From the IMG/VR virus record IMGVR_UViG_3300017828_000001, positions 1 to 57,903 of that record: DNA of 57,903 bases; one strand, written 5' to 3'. Positions within the stretch are counted from its first letter, which is position 1, and each line of letters begins with the position of its first letter. Of this stretch, positions 18,803 to 28,521 are shown piece by piece. The notes under the pieces were generated by a model that did not search any database, was not told the DNA's origin, and saw nothing but the letters and a program-made list of their open reading frames with translations. The translations under genes and the position numbers were made by a program. This DNA comes from a virus. Lineage: Duplodnaviria; Caudoviricetes.

Positions 18803-20101
18803 ATGGCAGAAACATACGGTACAACGACAATTCCGAGCGATAGTGTCACCGTTCGTAGTGGTGGAACAGTCTCCATCGGGGCCGCGTTTGAAACGACGCT
18901 TGGCCTTGTCGGTGGGATGGACACCGCTAACGGTGACGCTTCCGAAGGAGATGTTATTACAGTAGAATCGACTTCTGATGCAGAACAGCAGTTTGGTGAG
19001 GACTCTGAACTTGCCAAAAACGTTGCAGCAGCCTATGCAAACGGTGCTGGAACGATTTACGCTGTTGGTGTGTCAGAAACACAGACAACTGAGAGCTTTG
19101 GTAGTTCCTCAAGTGGAACGTTAAGTGAGTCGCCAGTCTTTGACCCGACTGTGCATCCAGACCACGACATTACCGCAACTGACACAGTTGATGCAGCAAG
19201 CGTTACTGTTAATATTGTCTATGGGACACCGTCTGCCCCCACTGAGGCAAACACGATTAACCTTAATCCAGTGACGGGAGAGTGGGAAGCAGACGAGAGT
19301 TCCGACTACGATATTGACTATACGTATGGTGACTACGACAGTGCAATTACTGATGTTGTAAAGAAAGTTCCACGAATTGTTACTGTCCTCACCGAAAACG
19401 AGACAGTTGCGAACTCGTTGCTCACTGAACTCAACACCTATGACTCTGACTTTGAGTTTATGCATGGTGTTGTTGGGGCCGAACCCGAAGTTGATGCGGC
19501 CACCTATAGTGACAATCTTGATGACCGTCGGCTGTCCATTGTCGCCCCGAGTCGCGGGTGGCTTGATTCGGCTGAAACCGATCAAGTCCGTACAATAGGT
19601 GCTGTCGGTGGACGGGCGTCTGGAAAGCCGCTTGGTGACTCAATGACCTACGAACCACTGCAAGGCATTGTGTCGCTTAACACACAGTACACAAACAGCG
19701 AACTTGGCACACTGATTGACAGCCAAGTGATGCCGCTCCGTCAGAGTGGTGGAATTGATATTGTTAAAGATATGACCACCTCAACTGACGTGCGGTTTGA
19801 ACGACTGTACGCCAGTGAGATTATTGACGAAGCAACTGAAATTTCACACGAAATTTCACAGCAGTTCATTGGAAATGCCAACACCGAAGACAATCGACTA
19901 TTGCTTCGGGAATCGCATACCACATCGTACAATGAATTGCTCGAAGACCAACTCCTTGAAGATTTCCTCGTCAACGTGTCAAAAGGTGCCAACGACTTTG
20001 AGGTTGACATTGACATTGGCCTTGATGTCATTGGTGTCATTGATACAGTCGATGTCACAATTACTGTTGGTGATGTGGTTCAGAACGGAGGTGCTGCCTA
20101 A
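18803..20101 (+). CDS. Tail sheath protein
   Basis: DAEQQFGEDSEL..AYANGA, FIGNANT C-terminal sheath pattern. Confidence 0.88.
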   Translation: MAETYGTTTIPSDSVTVRSGGTVSIGAAFETTLGLVGGMDTANGDASEGDVITVESTSDAEQQFGEDSELAKNVAAAYANGAGTIYAVGVSETQTTESFGSSSSGTLSESPVFDPTVHPDHDITATDTVDAASVTVNIVYGTPSAPTEANTINLNPVTGEWEADESSDYDIDYTYGDYDSAITDVVKKVPRIVTVLTENETVANSLLTELNTYDSDFEFMHGVVGAEPEVDAATYSDNLDDRRLSIVAPSRGWLDSAETDQVRTIGAVGGRASGKPLGDSMTYEPLQGIVSLNTQYTNSELGTLIDSQVMPLRQSGGIDIVKDMTTSTDVRFERLYASEIIDEATEISHEISQQFIGNANTEDNRLLLRESHTTSYNELLEDQLLEDFLVNVSKGANDFEVDIDIGLDVIGVIDTVDVTITVGDVVQNGGAA

Positions 20102-20544
20102 TGACTTGGTATCCAACAAACGCAAACGATGTGACGCTTATTGTCAGTGAAGTAATCCGTAATGAAGACGGCTCTCGGGCTGGCTCAACGGAAATTGCTA
20201 ACACAAGTGCCATCACCGTCGATGACTTTACAATCGGCTCTGATGAAGATATGACGGGTTTGAGCGGTGTTGGCAACGCTAATCCGCTTGGTGTTTCGCA
20301 AGGAGATATTGAACACTCCTTTGACTTTACTGTGCAAGGTGAAGACGCAACTGTGTTTAACAACCTTGCTGAAGATGACAGTGGTCGGGCAAAAGAGCTT
20401 GAGATTATTGCTCGGGCTGAAGACTACAAAGCCAAACTCGTTGGTGCCTACGCGGGTACTCGGGAGTTCAGTGGATCGAGCGGCGATCCAGTTGAGTATG
20501 CCGTTGAAGGGATTGCAGTTGGCCGAGATGATGGAACTGTCTAA
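20101..20544 (+). CDS. Tail tube protein
   Basis: 147 aa directly after the sheath, TAATG coupling. Confidence 0.8.
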   Translation: MTWYPTNANDVTLIVSEVIRNEDGSRAGSTEIANTSAITVDDFTIGSDEDMTGLSGVGNANPLGVSQGDIEHSFDFTVQGEDATVFNNLAEDDSGRAKELEIIARAEDYKAKLVGAYAGTREFSGSSGDPVEYAVEGIAVGRDDGTV

Positions 20545-20590
20545 GTAATCTAAAAAAATTTATCATTCTATATTGTCTTGCGAAACAAAT

Positions 20591-20603
20591 ACTACTAATA
20601 ACA
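20591..20603 (+). promoter_or_regulatory. Candidate late promoter motif ACTACTAATAACA
   Basis: 20 nt before ATG 20611. Confidence 0.65.
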
Positions 20604-20610
20604 CGAAAGC

Positions 20611-21177
20611 ATGAGCGACCTTTTTGAAGTTCGACAGAAGACAGAAGAGGGTGCCAAGTGGCGTGGCACAATCAGCGTCACAATTGATGACGAACAAAAA
20701 GAACTAACGGTTCGTCAGTTGCGTGATCAAGAGTTTTGGGAAGTGATGTCGTCTATCGACACAGACGAGTTGGAAAACCTACAGACTGAACTGCCTGAAG
20801 AGACGATAGACGAGTATGAAGAACTGCAAAACAAAGATAATCTCACTGACGACGAACGTGGGCGGCTTGACGACCTGCAAGAAGAGGTCGAGAACGCAGA
20901 TGTCAACATTTTTGACGTTCTTTCTCGGGACACGTACAAAGGATTGAAACAGGCAGCTAAGTACGGTGTTGAGCCAGACGAGTCTGATGTTCAGACTGCC
21001 CTCACCCAACATGTTAATGAAATTGACAAAGAGTATGGCGGTACATCACACGAAGATGCACGTCAGTACGTCCAAGACCACGTAATTGAGCCAATGGTTG
21101 AACGCTCCACTGACTTTACTTCATTTGCTATCGGCATCCGCGCTCTCGGGGAGACACTGGACAGCGAGGGAAACTAA
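20611..21177 (+). CDS. Tail assembly chaperone (gpG-like)
   Basis: Between tube and TMP; ends at a slippery site. Confidence 0.78.
   Translation: MSDLFEVRQKTEEGAKWRGTISVTIDDEQKELTVRQLRDQEFWEVMSSIDTDELENLQTELPEETIDEYEELQNKDNLTDDERGRLDDLQEEVENADVNIFDVLSRDTYKGLKQAAKYGVEPDESDVQTALTQHVNEIDKEYGGTSHEDARQYVQDHVIEPMVERSTDFTSFAIGIRALGETLDSEGN
21168..21174 (+). other. Programmed -1 frameshift heptamer G GGA AAC
   Basis: X XXY YYZ directly before TAA; the -1 frame is open to 21380. Confidence 0.8.
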
Positions 21178-21380
21178 GGGAACTGGCAGAGTCCGACATG
21201 GGCAGGGAGATGTACCTACTCCACGACAATGGTCGGAAACTGTTTACATCCCCACACGACTGTACGCCAATGCAGCGGTTTGTCTACATAATGGCAAAAG
21301 ATTACCACACAGAAGATAAACAAACAGACCCCACTGGTATGGATAAATCAAACCAGTTTAACCAATCCAAACCGTTTTGA
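21168..21380 (+). CDS. Frameshifted extension of the tail chaperone (gpGT-like)
   Basis: -1 frame reads GKLRELAESDMGREMYLLHDNG...TPMQRFVY. Confidence 0.7.
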   Translation, partial: GKLRELAESDMGREMYLLHDNGRKLFTSPHDCTPMQRFVYIMAKDYHTEDKQTDPTGMDKSNQFNQSKPF

Positions 21381-21401
21381 CCAACCGCCACGCACTAAGT
21401 C

Positions 21402-21438
21402 CCCTTCTACTATAGTATAGTTGCTGTACGTACTTAAC
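21402..21438 (-). repeat. 37-bp dispersed repeat, copy 2
   Basis: 36/37 identical to 3306-3342. Confidence 0.85.
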
Positions 21439-21518
21439 TGTGTTGGTTACTACTGTAGTAGGAAGAAACTCGTGAGTTCAACTGAACTCACGTAGCTTGT
21501 GTTCTCGTGAGAACAAAA

Positions 21519-21531
21519 ACTACTAATAACA
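21519..21531 (+). promoter_or_regulatory. Candidate late promoter motif ACTACTAATAACA
   Basis: 25 nt before ATG 21544. Confidence 0.65.
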
Positions 21532-21543
21532 TAGAACCCACCA

Positions 21544-23175
21544 ATGGCCGACCAAAATCTTGAGATTCTTGTTAACGTTGACATCGGCAGTGCCATTGCT
21601 AATCTTAACCAACTCCAAAAAGAATTAGGTGATTTAGCTAAAAGTATTGAAGGAGTTGACCAAATTGGCACTGATGGTATTGATATTAATACACGTCTTG
21701 AACCAATTGCTGACGATCTTTTTGCGTTAGAATTGCGGCTTAAGCAGTGGGAAGCACGCAACAGTCTCAATATAGATACTAATATTTCTGGTATGGGACG
21801 TATGAGTTCTGGTGGCGGTCTGTTTGCAGGACTCTTTGGTGAAGGCAGACCAACATCTGGCGGCGGGGGTGGTGGTATAACACAAGCACCGTTTAGACAA
21901 GCCAACAAAAGTGCCATGTCATTTTCTGACATGATAGACGGACTACAAAGTCCAATGGAAAAATTTGACATTCGGATGACAGACCTCCATAACGCTGCTG
22001 CAAAACTCGTGCCGCTCATTCTCGTGCTTGTTGGTGCCGTTCCAGCCCTTTACACTGCAATGATTGGGTTGGCAACGGCTGCTGTTTCTGCCGCAGCAGC
22101 ATTGTTAGCTATTGGTGGGTTCGGTGCGTTAGGTGTTGGGCTGCAAGGTGGTGAGTTCGATATGCAGCGGCTCACAGACGTTTTAAGCGATATTAGAACA
22201 GAGTTCATTGAAGCCTTTGGGCCACTATCTGAACGGCTTGAGCCACTGTTTATGGACGCTGTGGGCGGCCTCAGTCTTCTCTTTGATGCGGTGGCTCGTA
22301 ATGGCGATGCGTTGATGCAACTAACAGATGACGCACGAGACTTTGGACAGTTCCTACTCTCGTTCATCCCATCTGCACTTGCGTCGATGGCGGCTATGGT
22401 AGAAACAATGCGTCCAGTGTTCTCGATGTTGGCCCGTGCTGTTGATGACGCAAGTGTTCTCCGCACACTAACAGCCCTAACACTTGACATCATTCCCGCT
22501 GTTGCCGCACTCACGTCTGTTGTTATTGACGCGCTTCCAGAACTGATTAGGTTCTCTGCTGGATTCGCTAAAGTTGCTGCTGGTGCTATTTCAATTATTG
22601 GCCTAATTGGTCAGTTAGTTACGCTGTTTGGAGTGTTTAGTTCAGAATCCATTGGTATGTTAATTGCCTCTGTACTAACTGCCGCCACAGCAATCTTTAT
22701 TCTTAATTCCAGTATGCTTACAACAGCAAGTACAGCACTAACAAAGCTCGGTGCCTCACTTCTCACGTCAATGTCAAGTATGTTAGCATATGCGTCTTCT
22801 GCTGGCATAGCAACGTTGGCAACAAACGCTCTTCGTAGTGCTTTAAGAGGGTTGCTTATTCTCAGTGGTGTTGGTTTTGGGCTTGTGTTGCTTGCTGAAG
22901 GACTTAATCTTGTTGCAGACCAATTCCTTTCAGCAGAGTCCAATATTCGTAGCACCACAGATGCTCTCAAAGAGTTTGATCGAGTTGCTGGCCGAACGAG
23001 TGGTGCGTTCAACCCATACGGCGGTGACGCACCCGTAAGTGGATCAAGAGCGGCTGGTGGTGGCGGCCAAAACGTTGCTGTTATTGAACCGAGCGGCAAC
23101 CCACAAGAACAAAGCAGTGATGTGAAAAGTGAAAATTGGAGAATGGGTCGAAAAACAGAGGAAGGTTGTATCTAA
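21544..23175 (+). CDS. Tape measure protein
   Basis: Ala/Leu/Gly-rich helical protein with hydrophobic segments; follows the chaperones. Confidence 0.85.
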   Translation: MADQNLEILVNVDIGSAIANLNQLQKELGDLAKSIEGVDQIGTDGIDINTRLEPIADDLFALELRLKQWEARNSLNIDTNISGMGRMSSGGGLFAGLFGEGRPTSGGGGGGITQAPFRQANKSAMSFSDMIDGLQSPMEKFDIRMTDLHNAAAKLVPLILVLVGAVPALYTAMIGLATAAVSAAAALLAIGGFGALGVGLQGGEFDMQRLTDVLSDIRTEFIEAFGPLSERLEPLFMDAVGGLSLLFDAVARNGDALMQLTDDARDFGQFLLSFIPSALASMAAMVETMRPVFSMLARAVDDASVLRTLTALTLDIIPAVAALTSVVIDALPELIRFSAGFAKVAAGAISIIGLIGQLVTLFGVFSSESIGMLIASVLTAATAIFILNSSMLTTASTALTKLGASLLTSMSSMLAYASSAGIATLATNALRSALRGLLILSGVGFGLVLLAEGLNLVADQFLSAESNIRSTTDALKEFDRVAGRTSGAFNPYGGDAPVSGSRAAGGGGQNVAVIEPSGNPQEQSSDVKSENWRMGRKTEEGCI

Positions 23176-23717
23176 TGCCAAAAGTTGAGTTTCTATCACA
23201 AAACGGATTTGAAGTTACAGAAGAGGTACTGAGCCGCAACCCACTGTTCACATTTTCAGAATCTATTACTCTACAACAAGGATTTACAGATGCATCAAGA
23301 GAACAAATTGGGCAGTTTAATCTAACTGAAGAATTTGAAAACAGAACGTTAGAGAACGTTGACACAACTGAAAACCAACAAATTTTTCGTCCAACGTTGA
23401 CACAGCGGCTTGAGTTTGATGAGAAAGGTAAACAGTCTCAAACAACAACGGTGTGTGGAGACACTGTAAACCGCCGAGAAGGTAGCAACTTGCCAGAGCT
23501 AACGCTTGAAGGAATCATCACCGAAGACAAAGTTGCTCAAATGAAAGCCCTCAAACGCCGTGCGAATCCAATCTTCATTTCCGATTTGTATAAAGGTGAA
23601 GTCTATATCAAACGAGTGACTATTGAACAAACGTCTGACCTATTGTATTGGGTTGAAGATGGTGAAAAGAAGCTTGCATTTAACTTCCAACTTCAGACGG
23701 GGAAACCAGAAGAATAA
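23175..23717 (+). CDS. Tail tube initiator/baseplate protein
   Basis: Start moved to MPKVEF (TAATG coupling); synteny. Confidence 0.55.
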   Translation: MPKVEFLSQNGFEVTEEVLSRNPLFTFSESITLQQGFTDASREQIGQFNLTEEFENRTLENVDTTENQQIFRPTLTQRLEFDEKGKQSQTTTVCGDTVNRREGSNLPELTLEGIITEDKVAQMKALKRRANPIFISDLYKGEVYIKRVTIEQTSDLLYWVEDGEKKLAFNFQLQTGKPEE

Positions 23718-25495
23718 TGGCATCTATTGAATTTCAAACCATTGGCACCGACGACAGTGATGCTGAACAGCGTCGAGCAATTCGTGAAAGTGGTCGCACC
23801 AAGACGGTTAGTGATGACAACTTTGAAGGGGTCAGCGGTACTGGATTGCCGTCTGTTGACCTCGATCTATCGTGTAAGACTGGTAACAACGAGAACCCAG
23901 AAGTTGTTGTTGATGTAACACAAAATGAAAAATGGATTCGTATTCCTGTCACAAAAGCAACACTGTGGGAAGACAAAGACGGTGCTGCCTCAATCACACG
24001 TACTGGACGTATTCACTTTCCAATGGAACTCGGCGGTGAGTCAATACTTCAGTTTATTGATGGGTTCCGAAGCAACAACGAGTTCTTAGAACAGAAAGAC
24101 CCATACGACCAGTGTCGTATTTTCTTCTACGACAACAATGTTGACAATGGCGAAGACAGTAAGTGGATACTAAAGCACTTTGGATACATCGGTGGTGTTG
24201 GATCGGCCTCAAACTCACTTGAGGGGCGGTTTTGGGTGTACGACCCCGCAGATATCATGGCTGGTATTCCAGTCGATAAGCCGTGGACACAACCAACATA
24301 CAAAGAAGTGCTGTCGTATGTGCAGTCTAAAATGGAAGAATCGTCTGTGTTCAGTAACATTTCGCTTGTTGATGTAACTGGTAACGACATTCCATCGTTA
24401 AAACTCTCTGAACAACAAGATGCAGAACCTCTTGATTTACCATCATTTGAAATTAAAGGCGAGTTACCCGTTATTGGGTCGTTCCAGCTTCCAGTAAACT
24501 ACTTTGCAGATAGCGTTCTTGAGTTCATCACAGACGAGTTATTTGAGGGGCAAAAAACGTTTAAACCAAATCGGCACAACCTTGTCGATGTGATGAACTG
24601 GTTTTCAAACTTGGCCGACTCTCGTTGGTGGTTTGAACCGCGTATTGATGGCACAGCACTTGTTGTTGACTCTGGTGCATACAAGAACAATGCGGAAAAC
24701 AGTGCCTACGAGCGTCGATACTTTGTTGACAGTAAAGCGATGGATAAATGGGATACAATCCAAACTGACCAACGCCGTCAATCAATTGAGCAACAGTCTG
24801 ATGACGACGAAAACTTGCTTGACAATGTTGACCTTAGTTTAGACTTTCAGTGGAGTTTGACTGATCGGCTGTCAAATAAAAATCAACAGACAAATATTCC
24901 AGAAGACTATCTCCCGCCGAGCAACTACAACACGTTTACTGATATAGATGTATTGAACAACAATGCGTTGGTTGATATGAAACCATTTAACACGTTGGAA
25001 GTGTTTGGTGAGTCCGAACGAGCAAGCCTTCGTGGAGACAATAACCCATATGACGATGCTGCTTCAAGTAGCGTGCCCTCCGAAGAATATCCATATGTAA
25101 AAGTACAGTATGGGCCACTGTTGGATAGAGCAAACGGGTTTGAGTTCGCCCCCAACCCGATTGAAAGTGATAAAGTAATTCTTGATGCGGCTGAACAGCA
25201 GGCCAAAAATGAACTCCGAAAACACCTCGAAGAAACAACTGAAGGTTCGTTACAACTGCGTGGAGAACCCCACATTGCACCACACGACTACATTGTAACG
25301 CTTCCAGTATGTGAGGATACCTACACCAACGTTGAGGCCGAACCAGTTGAGTTTGAAGTGAACGCTGTGAAACATGAACGCACTGCAACTGAACAGTACA
25401 CAACAGAGTTAGGAGTCAGTATTCAAGTGGTGGACAGTAAGATAAACGTTGTTGAATCAGAGTATCGAAAGGTGGGTGCCGATGGCTCGGAATAA
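23717..25495 (+). CDS. Baseplate hub protein
   Basis: Synteny; C-terminal GSLQLRGEPHI..FEVNAVKH..YTTEL pattern. Confidence 0.7.
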   Translation: MASIEFQTIGTDDSDAEQRRAIRESGRTKTVSDDNFEGVSGTGLPSVDLDLSCKTGNNENPEVVVDVTQNEKWIRIPVTKATLWEDKDGAASITRTGRIHFPMELGGESILQFIDGFRSNNEFLEQKDPYDQCRIFFYDNNVDNGEDSKWILKHFGYIGGVGSASNSLEGRFWVYDPADIMAGIPVDKPWTQPTYKEVLSYVQSKMEESSVFSNISLVDVTGNDIPSLKLSEQQDAEPLDLPSFEIKGELPVIGSFQLPVNYFADSVLEFITDELFEGQKTFKPNRHNLVDVMNWFSNLADSRWWFEPRIDGTALVVDSGAYKNNAENSAYERRYFVDSKAMDKWDTIQTDQRRQSIEQQSDDDENLLDNVDLSLDFQWSLTDRLSNKNQQTNIPEDYLPPSNYNTFTDIDVLNNNALVDMKPFNTLEVFGESERASLRGDNNPYDDAASSSVPSEEYPYVKVQYGPLLDRANGFEFAPNPIESDKVILDAAEQQAKNELRKHLEETTEGSLQLRGEPHIAPHDYIVTLPVCEDTYTNVEAEPVEFEVNAVKHERTATEQYTTELGVSIQVVDSKINVVESEYRKVGADGSE

Positions 25496-26354
25496 TCCAT
25501 CAAACCCCTATACACGGGAGTCTGAACACACTGCGAAGGACGTTCAGCAGGCAATTACGAAAGCTCGTGTTAAAGACGTAAACACGAGTGCTGAAGGTGG
25601 GGTTCACACGGTCAGAGTCCAACCCTACGGGACTAATTCCTCATTTATTGCACCAGTGTTGATGCCAGTGCAAGGATGTGTCTGGTTGCCAGAGCAAGGC
25701 ACTGATGTTGCATTGATGTTCACAAAAGAAAACAAACCGTGGGTGATTGGCAGTTGGTATGCATCTGATCGTATTGATTCAGGCAATGTAAATCTACCAG
25801 AGTACGAAGAAGGAGACTTACGGCTTGGCAACTCTACTGGTTCTCACGTTACAATTACGTCTGATGGTTCTATTGATATATTTTCATCTAACAACAGTGT
25901 CAATATTAACACACCAGAACAGTTTTTATCATATAACAGTCAAACACAGTCGTTTTCTGGAACTGATGCGTATGAAACTGTTGAATATGATACAATAAAA
26001 AGAGACACACAAAACTCATTTGATACTGGAACAAATAAGTACACGGTAGAAACTAATGGATATTTTTCAGTTGAGGCCTCTGTTACGTTTCCAAACCCCA
26101 ACAACAATGTTGGACTTATTGACGACAACAGTACAACAAACAAATACACAATAGCAGTTTTTCTCAATGGTTCAGAAGCAAAACGGAATACTTCTCATGC
26201 TATTATTGATGAAGAAATGTCTGTTTCAGTAACATTCAATGAAGATTTAGAAAAAGGAGATGTTGTTGATATTAGGTTGAAACAGAATACGGATACAAGT
26301 AAATCTATTAACGGAAGTAGAAAAACAAACAGTTTTAAAATTACAAAAGAATGA
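25482..26354 (+). CDS. Baseplate central spike (OB fold) with C1q-like C-terminal domain
   Basis: WLPEQGTDV..PWVIG; FDTGTNKYTVETNGYFSV..LEKGDVVDIR. Confidence 0.75.
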   Translation: MARNNPSNPYTRESEHTAKDVQQAITKARVKDVNTSAEGGVHTVRVQPYGTNSSFIAPVLMPVQGCVWLPEQGTDVALMFTKENKPWVIGSWYASDRIDSGNVNLPEYEEGDLRLGNSTGSHVTITSDGSIDIFSSNNSVNINTPEQFLSYNSQTQSFSGTDAYETVEYDTIKRDTQNSFDTGTNKYTVETNGYFSVEASVTFPNPNNNVGLIDDNSTTNKYTIAVFLNGSEAKRNTSHAIIDEEMSVSVTFNEDLEKGDVVDIRLKQNTDTSKSINGSRKTNSFKITKE

Positions 26355-26689
26355 CAACAGACTTACTCATTGACGAAGAACTCGATACGGTTATAGACAC
26401 TACTAACGATTTAGGAACAGTAAGCGGGATTCAACAACTTGAACAATCAGTTGCGATTGACGTGTTAGATGTGACACGTCAGTTTGTTGGTTCTTCGTTG
26501 ACTGGAGAACAAGTAGGACTGTTAGAAGAACGTGTTCTTCGGTCATTAGAAGATGACGAACAAGTTGGTGAAGTGCTTGACGTTGTTGTATCACAATACG
26601 ATAGAGCAACACAAACCGTTACGATGGAAATAATTGTGTTAGAAGATGAAAACTTTTCGATTGAACTACAAAATTTAGGTGATACGTAA
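26351..26689 (+). CDS. gp25-like baseplate wedge/sheath initiator
   Basis: NDLGTVSGIQQLEQSV; synteny. Confidence 0.7.
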   Translation: MTTDLLIDEELDTVIDTTNDLGTVSGIQQLEQSVAIDVLDVTRQFVGSSLTGEQVGLLEERVLRSLEDDEQVGEVLDVVVSQYDRATQTVTMEIIVLEDENFSIELQNLGDT

Positions 26690-28521
26690 TGCCAATTGTT
26701 GATGGAAACTATGTCCAACGAACAGCAGACGAGATTCAAACAGCACTCGAACAAGAGTTAATCAACGAGTTCGGTGCTGACATTGATCTTACAGAATCAT
26801 CAACATTTAGCACACTCGTTGAAGTGTTGGCAAGCGTTGCTTCAAACAACCAAGAAGAAACGTTGAAAGATGTCTATGAGTCTGCCTTTCTTGACACGGC
26901 TACTGGTGTTGATTTGGAACGTGTTGTCTCAATTATTGGCCTCCAACGTCGATCAGCTATTCACGCAACTGGTGTTCAGCGGTTTATTGCGCCGTCGCCT
27001 GTAACACAAGACTACACAATTCAAAAAGGTACAACAGTCCAAACTGGTAGCGATAATCCGATTGAGTTTGAAACAACAGAAGTTACTTTTTTTGAATTAG
27101 TTGATGACTTTAGTAGCGGCAACGTTGGTAACTATTCTGGCGACGTTGGTTCAGCAACAGTTGTTACAGACAACAACGCTATTCGAGGCAACAACGTTCT
27201 TCAACTTGACGCAACTGATGGGGCTGTAATTTATAACGATAGTATAACGTTTGATCAAGGTGTTACACTTCACTGCCACGTTCGCCCACAATCAAATACT
27301 ATTCCAGCAGTTGTGTTCGGACTTGATAGCAACAATGCAAATAATTACTATCAAATTGCCGTAGACGAGGCGGCAAATGAGGTTCGGTTAGAAGTTGTTG
27401 AAAGTGGGTCAATTACGACAACTGTTGACACACTTTCTGCAACTATTAATGCTGACTCTTTCCACGAAATTGAATTTGATTGGAATATTACTAACAATAT
27501 TGGAATCACAGTATATGACCCATCTGACAGTGAGTTAGGGACATTAGGTGGTGTTGATTCAACATTTACATCTGGTTCTCCCGCCTTCAAAAGCGGTGAT
27601 GCAAACGGAACAAAAGAGTTTGATTTCTACACAACATCTGAAACATCAGCAAACATTCGAGCAAAAGAAGGCGGTGTAGAAGGCAATGTTGGCCCCAACA
27701 GCATTACTGTTCTTCCGTCACCACCAAACGGCGTTGACGAATCTAAAAACCTTTACTCAACTGGTGACACAAGTTACGAAGACACAAATCAAAAAGTTTT
27801 TAGTGTAGGAACTAATAGAGAGCGAGATGACGAACTCCGTAACCGTGCAGAAGAGGCCGTTACTGGCGGCGGTGCTGCCACACACGACGCCATTGTTTCA
27901 GAACTAATTAACAACGTAGAAAACGTTACTTCTGTTCAACTTTATGAGAATAATACTGGCATAGACAACACTGACAGTGGTGGGCTTCCACCGTACTCGT
28001 TTGAAGCAGTTGTGTTTGGCGGCTCTGATGCAGAAATTGCAGAATCTATCTTTGATAAAAAAGCAGTAACGTCCCGCGATTACGGTGGTGCAAACGGTAC
28101 AAAGGTTACTGAAACAGTAACAGCAGAAACGAACGGGCAAACTCGACAAATTCAGTTTTCCCGACCAGCAAAAGTTAGTGTTGATATAACACTTGATATT
28201 GTTGTTAATGATACATATGTTGGAGATAATCAACTTCGAGATAACATTACACAATACATTGGTGGTGTGTTAAATAACGGTTCTGAAGTCATTGGATTAG
28301 GCGTTTCTGATAACGTTCGTATTGATCGTATTTCTGACATTGTTGTTGGCGAAGACACTGGTGTTGTTGGGTTAGATCAGTCTGTTGATGGGACACCAAT
28401 TGAAACAACACCAAGTAAGTCTACTGTGAATGGGCTTGAGGTTGTTGATATTGGTTCAAACGAAGTTGCACAGATAGACGCCTCTGATGGGTCAATAACA
28501 ATTAACAAACGGACACTATAA
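26689..28521 (+). CDS. Baseplate J-like wedge protein with inserted ConA-like domain
   Basis: FLDTATGVDLE, GGVEGNVGPNSI, GTNRERDDELRNR, LPPYSFE. Confidence 0.9.
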   Translation: MPIVDGNYVQRTADEIQTALEQELINEFGADIDLTESSTFSTLVEVLASVASNNQEETLKDVYESAFLDTATGVDLERVVSIIGLQRRSAIHATGVQRFIAPSPVTQDYTIQKGTTVQTGSDNPIEFETTEVTFFELVDDFSSGNVGNYSGDVGSATVVTDNNAIRGNNVLQLDATDGAVIYNDSITFDQGVTLHCHVRPQSNTIPAVVFGLDSNNANNYYQIAVDEAANEVRLEVVESGSITTTVDTLSATINADSFHEIEFDWNITNNIGITVYDPSDSELGTLGGVDSTFTSGSPAFKSGDANGTKEFDFYTTSETSANIRAKEGGVEGNVGPNSITVLPSPPNGVDESKNLYSTGDTSYEDTNQKVFSVGTNRERDDELRNRAEEAVTGGGAATHDAIVSELINNVENVTSVQLYENNTGIDNTDSGGLPPYSFEAVVFGGSDAEIAESIFDKKAVTSRDYGGANGTKVTETVTAETNGQTRQIQFSRPAKVSVDITLDIVVNDTYVGDNQLRDNITQYIGGVLNNGSEVIGLGVSDNVRIDRISDIVVGEDTGVVGLDQSVDGTPIETTPSKSTVNGLEVVDIGSNEVAQIDASDGSITINKRTL

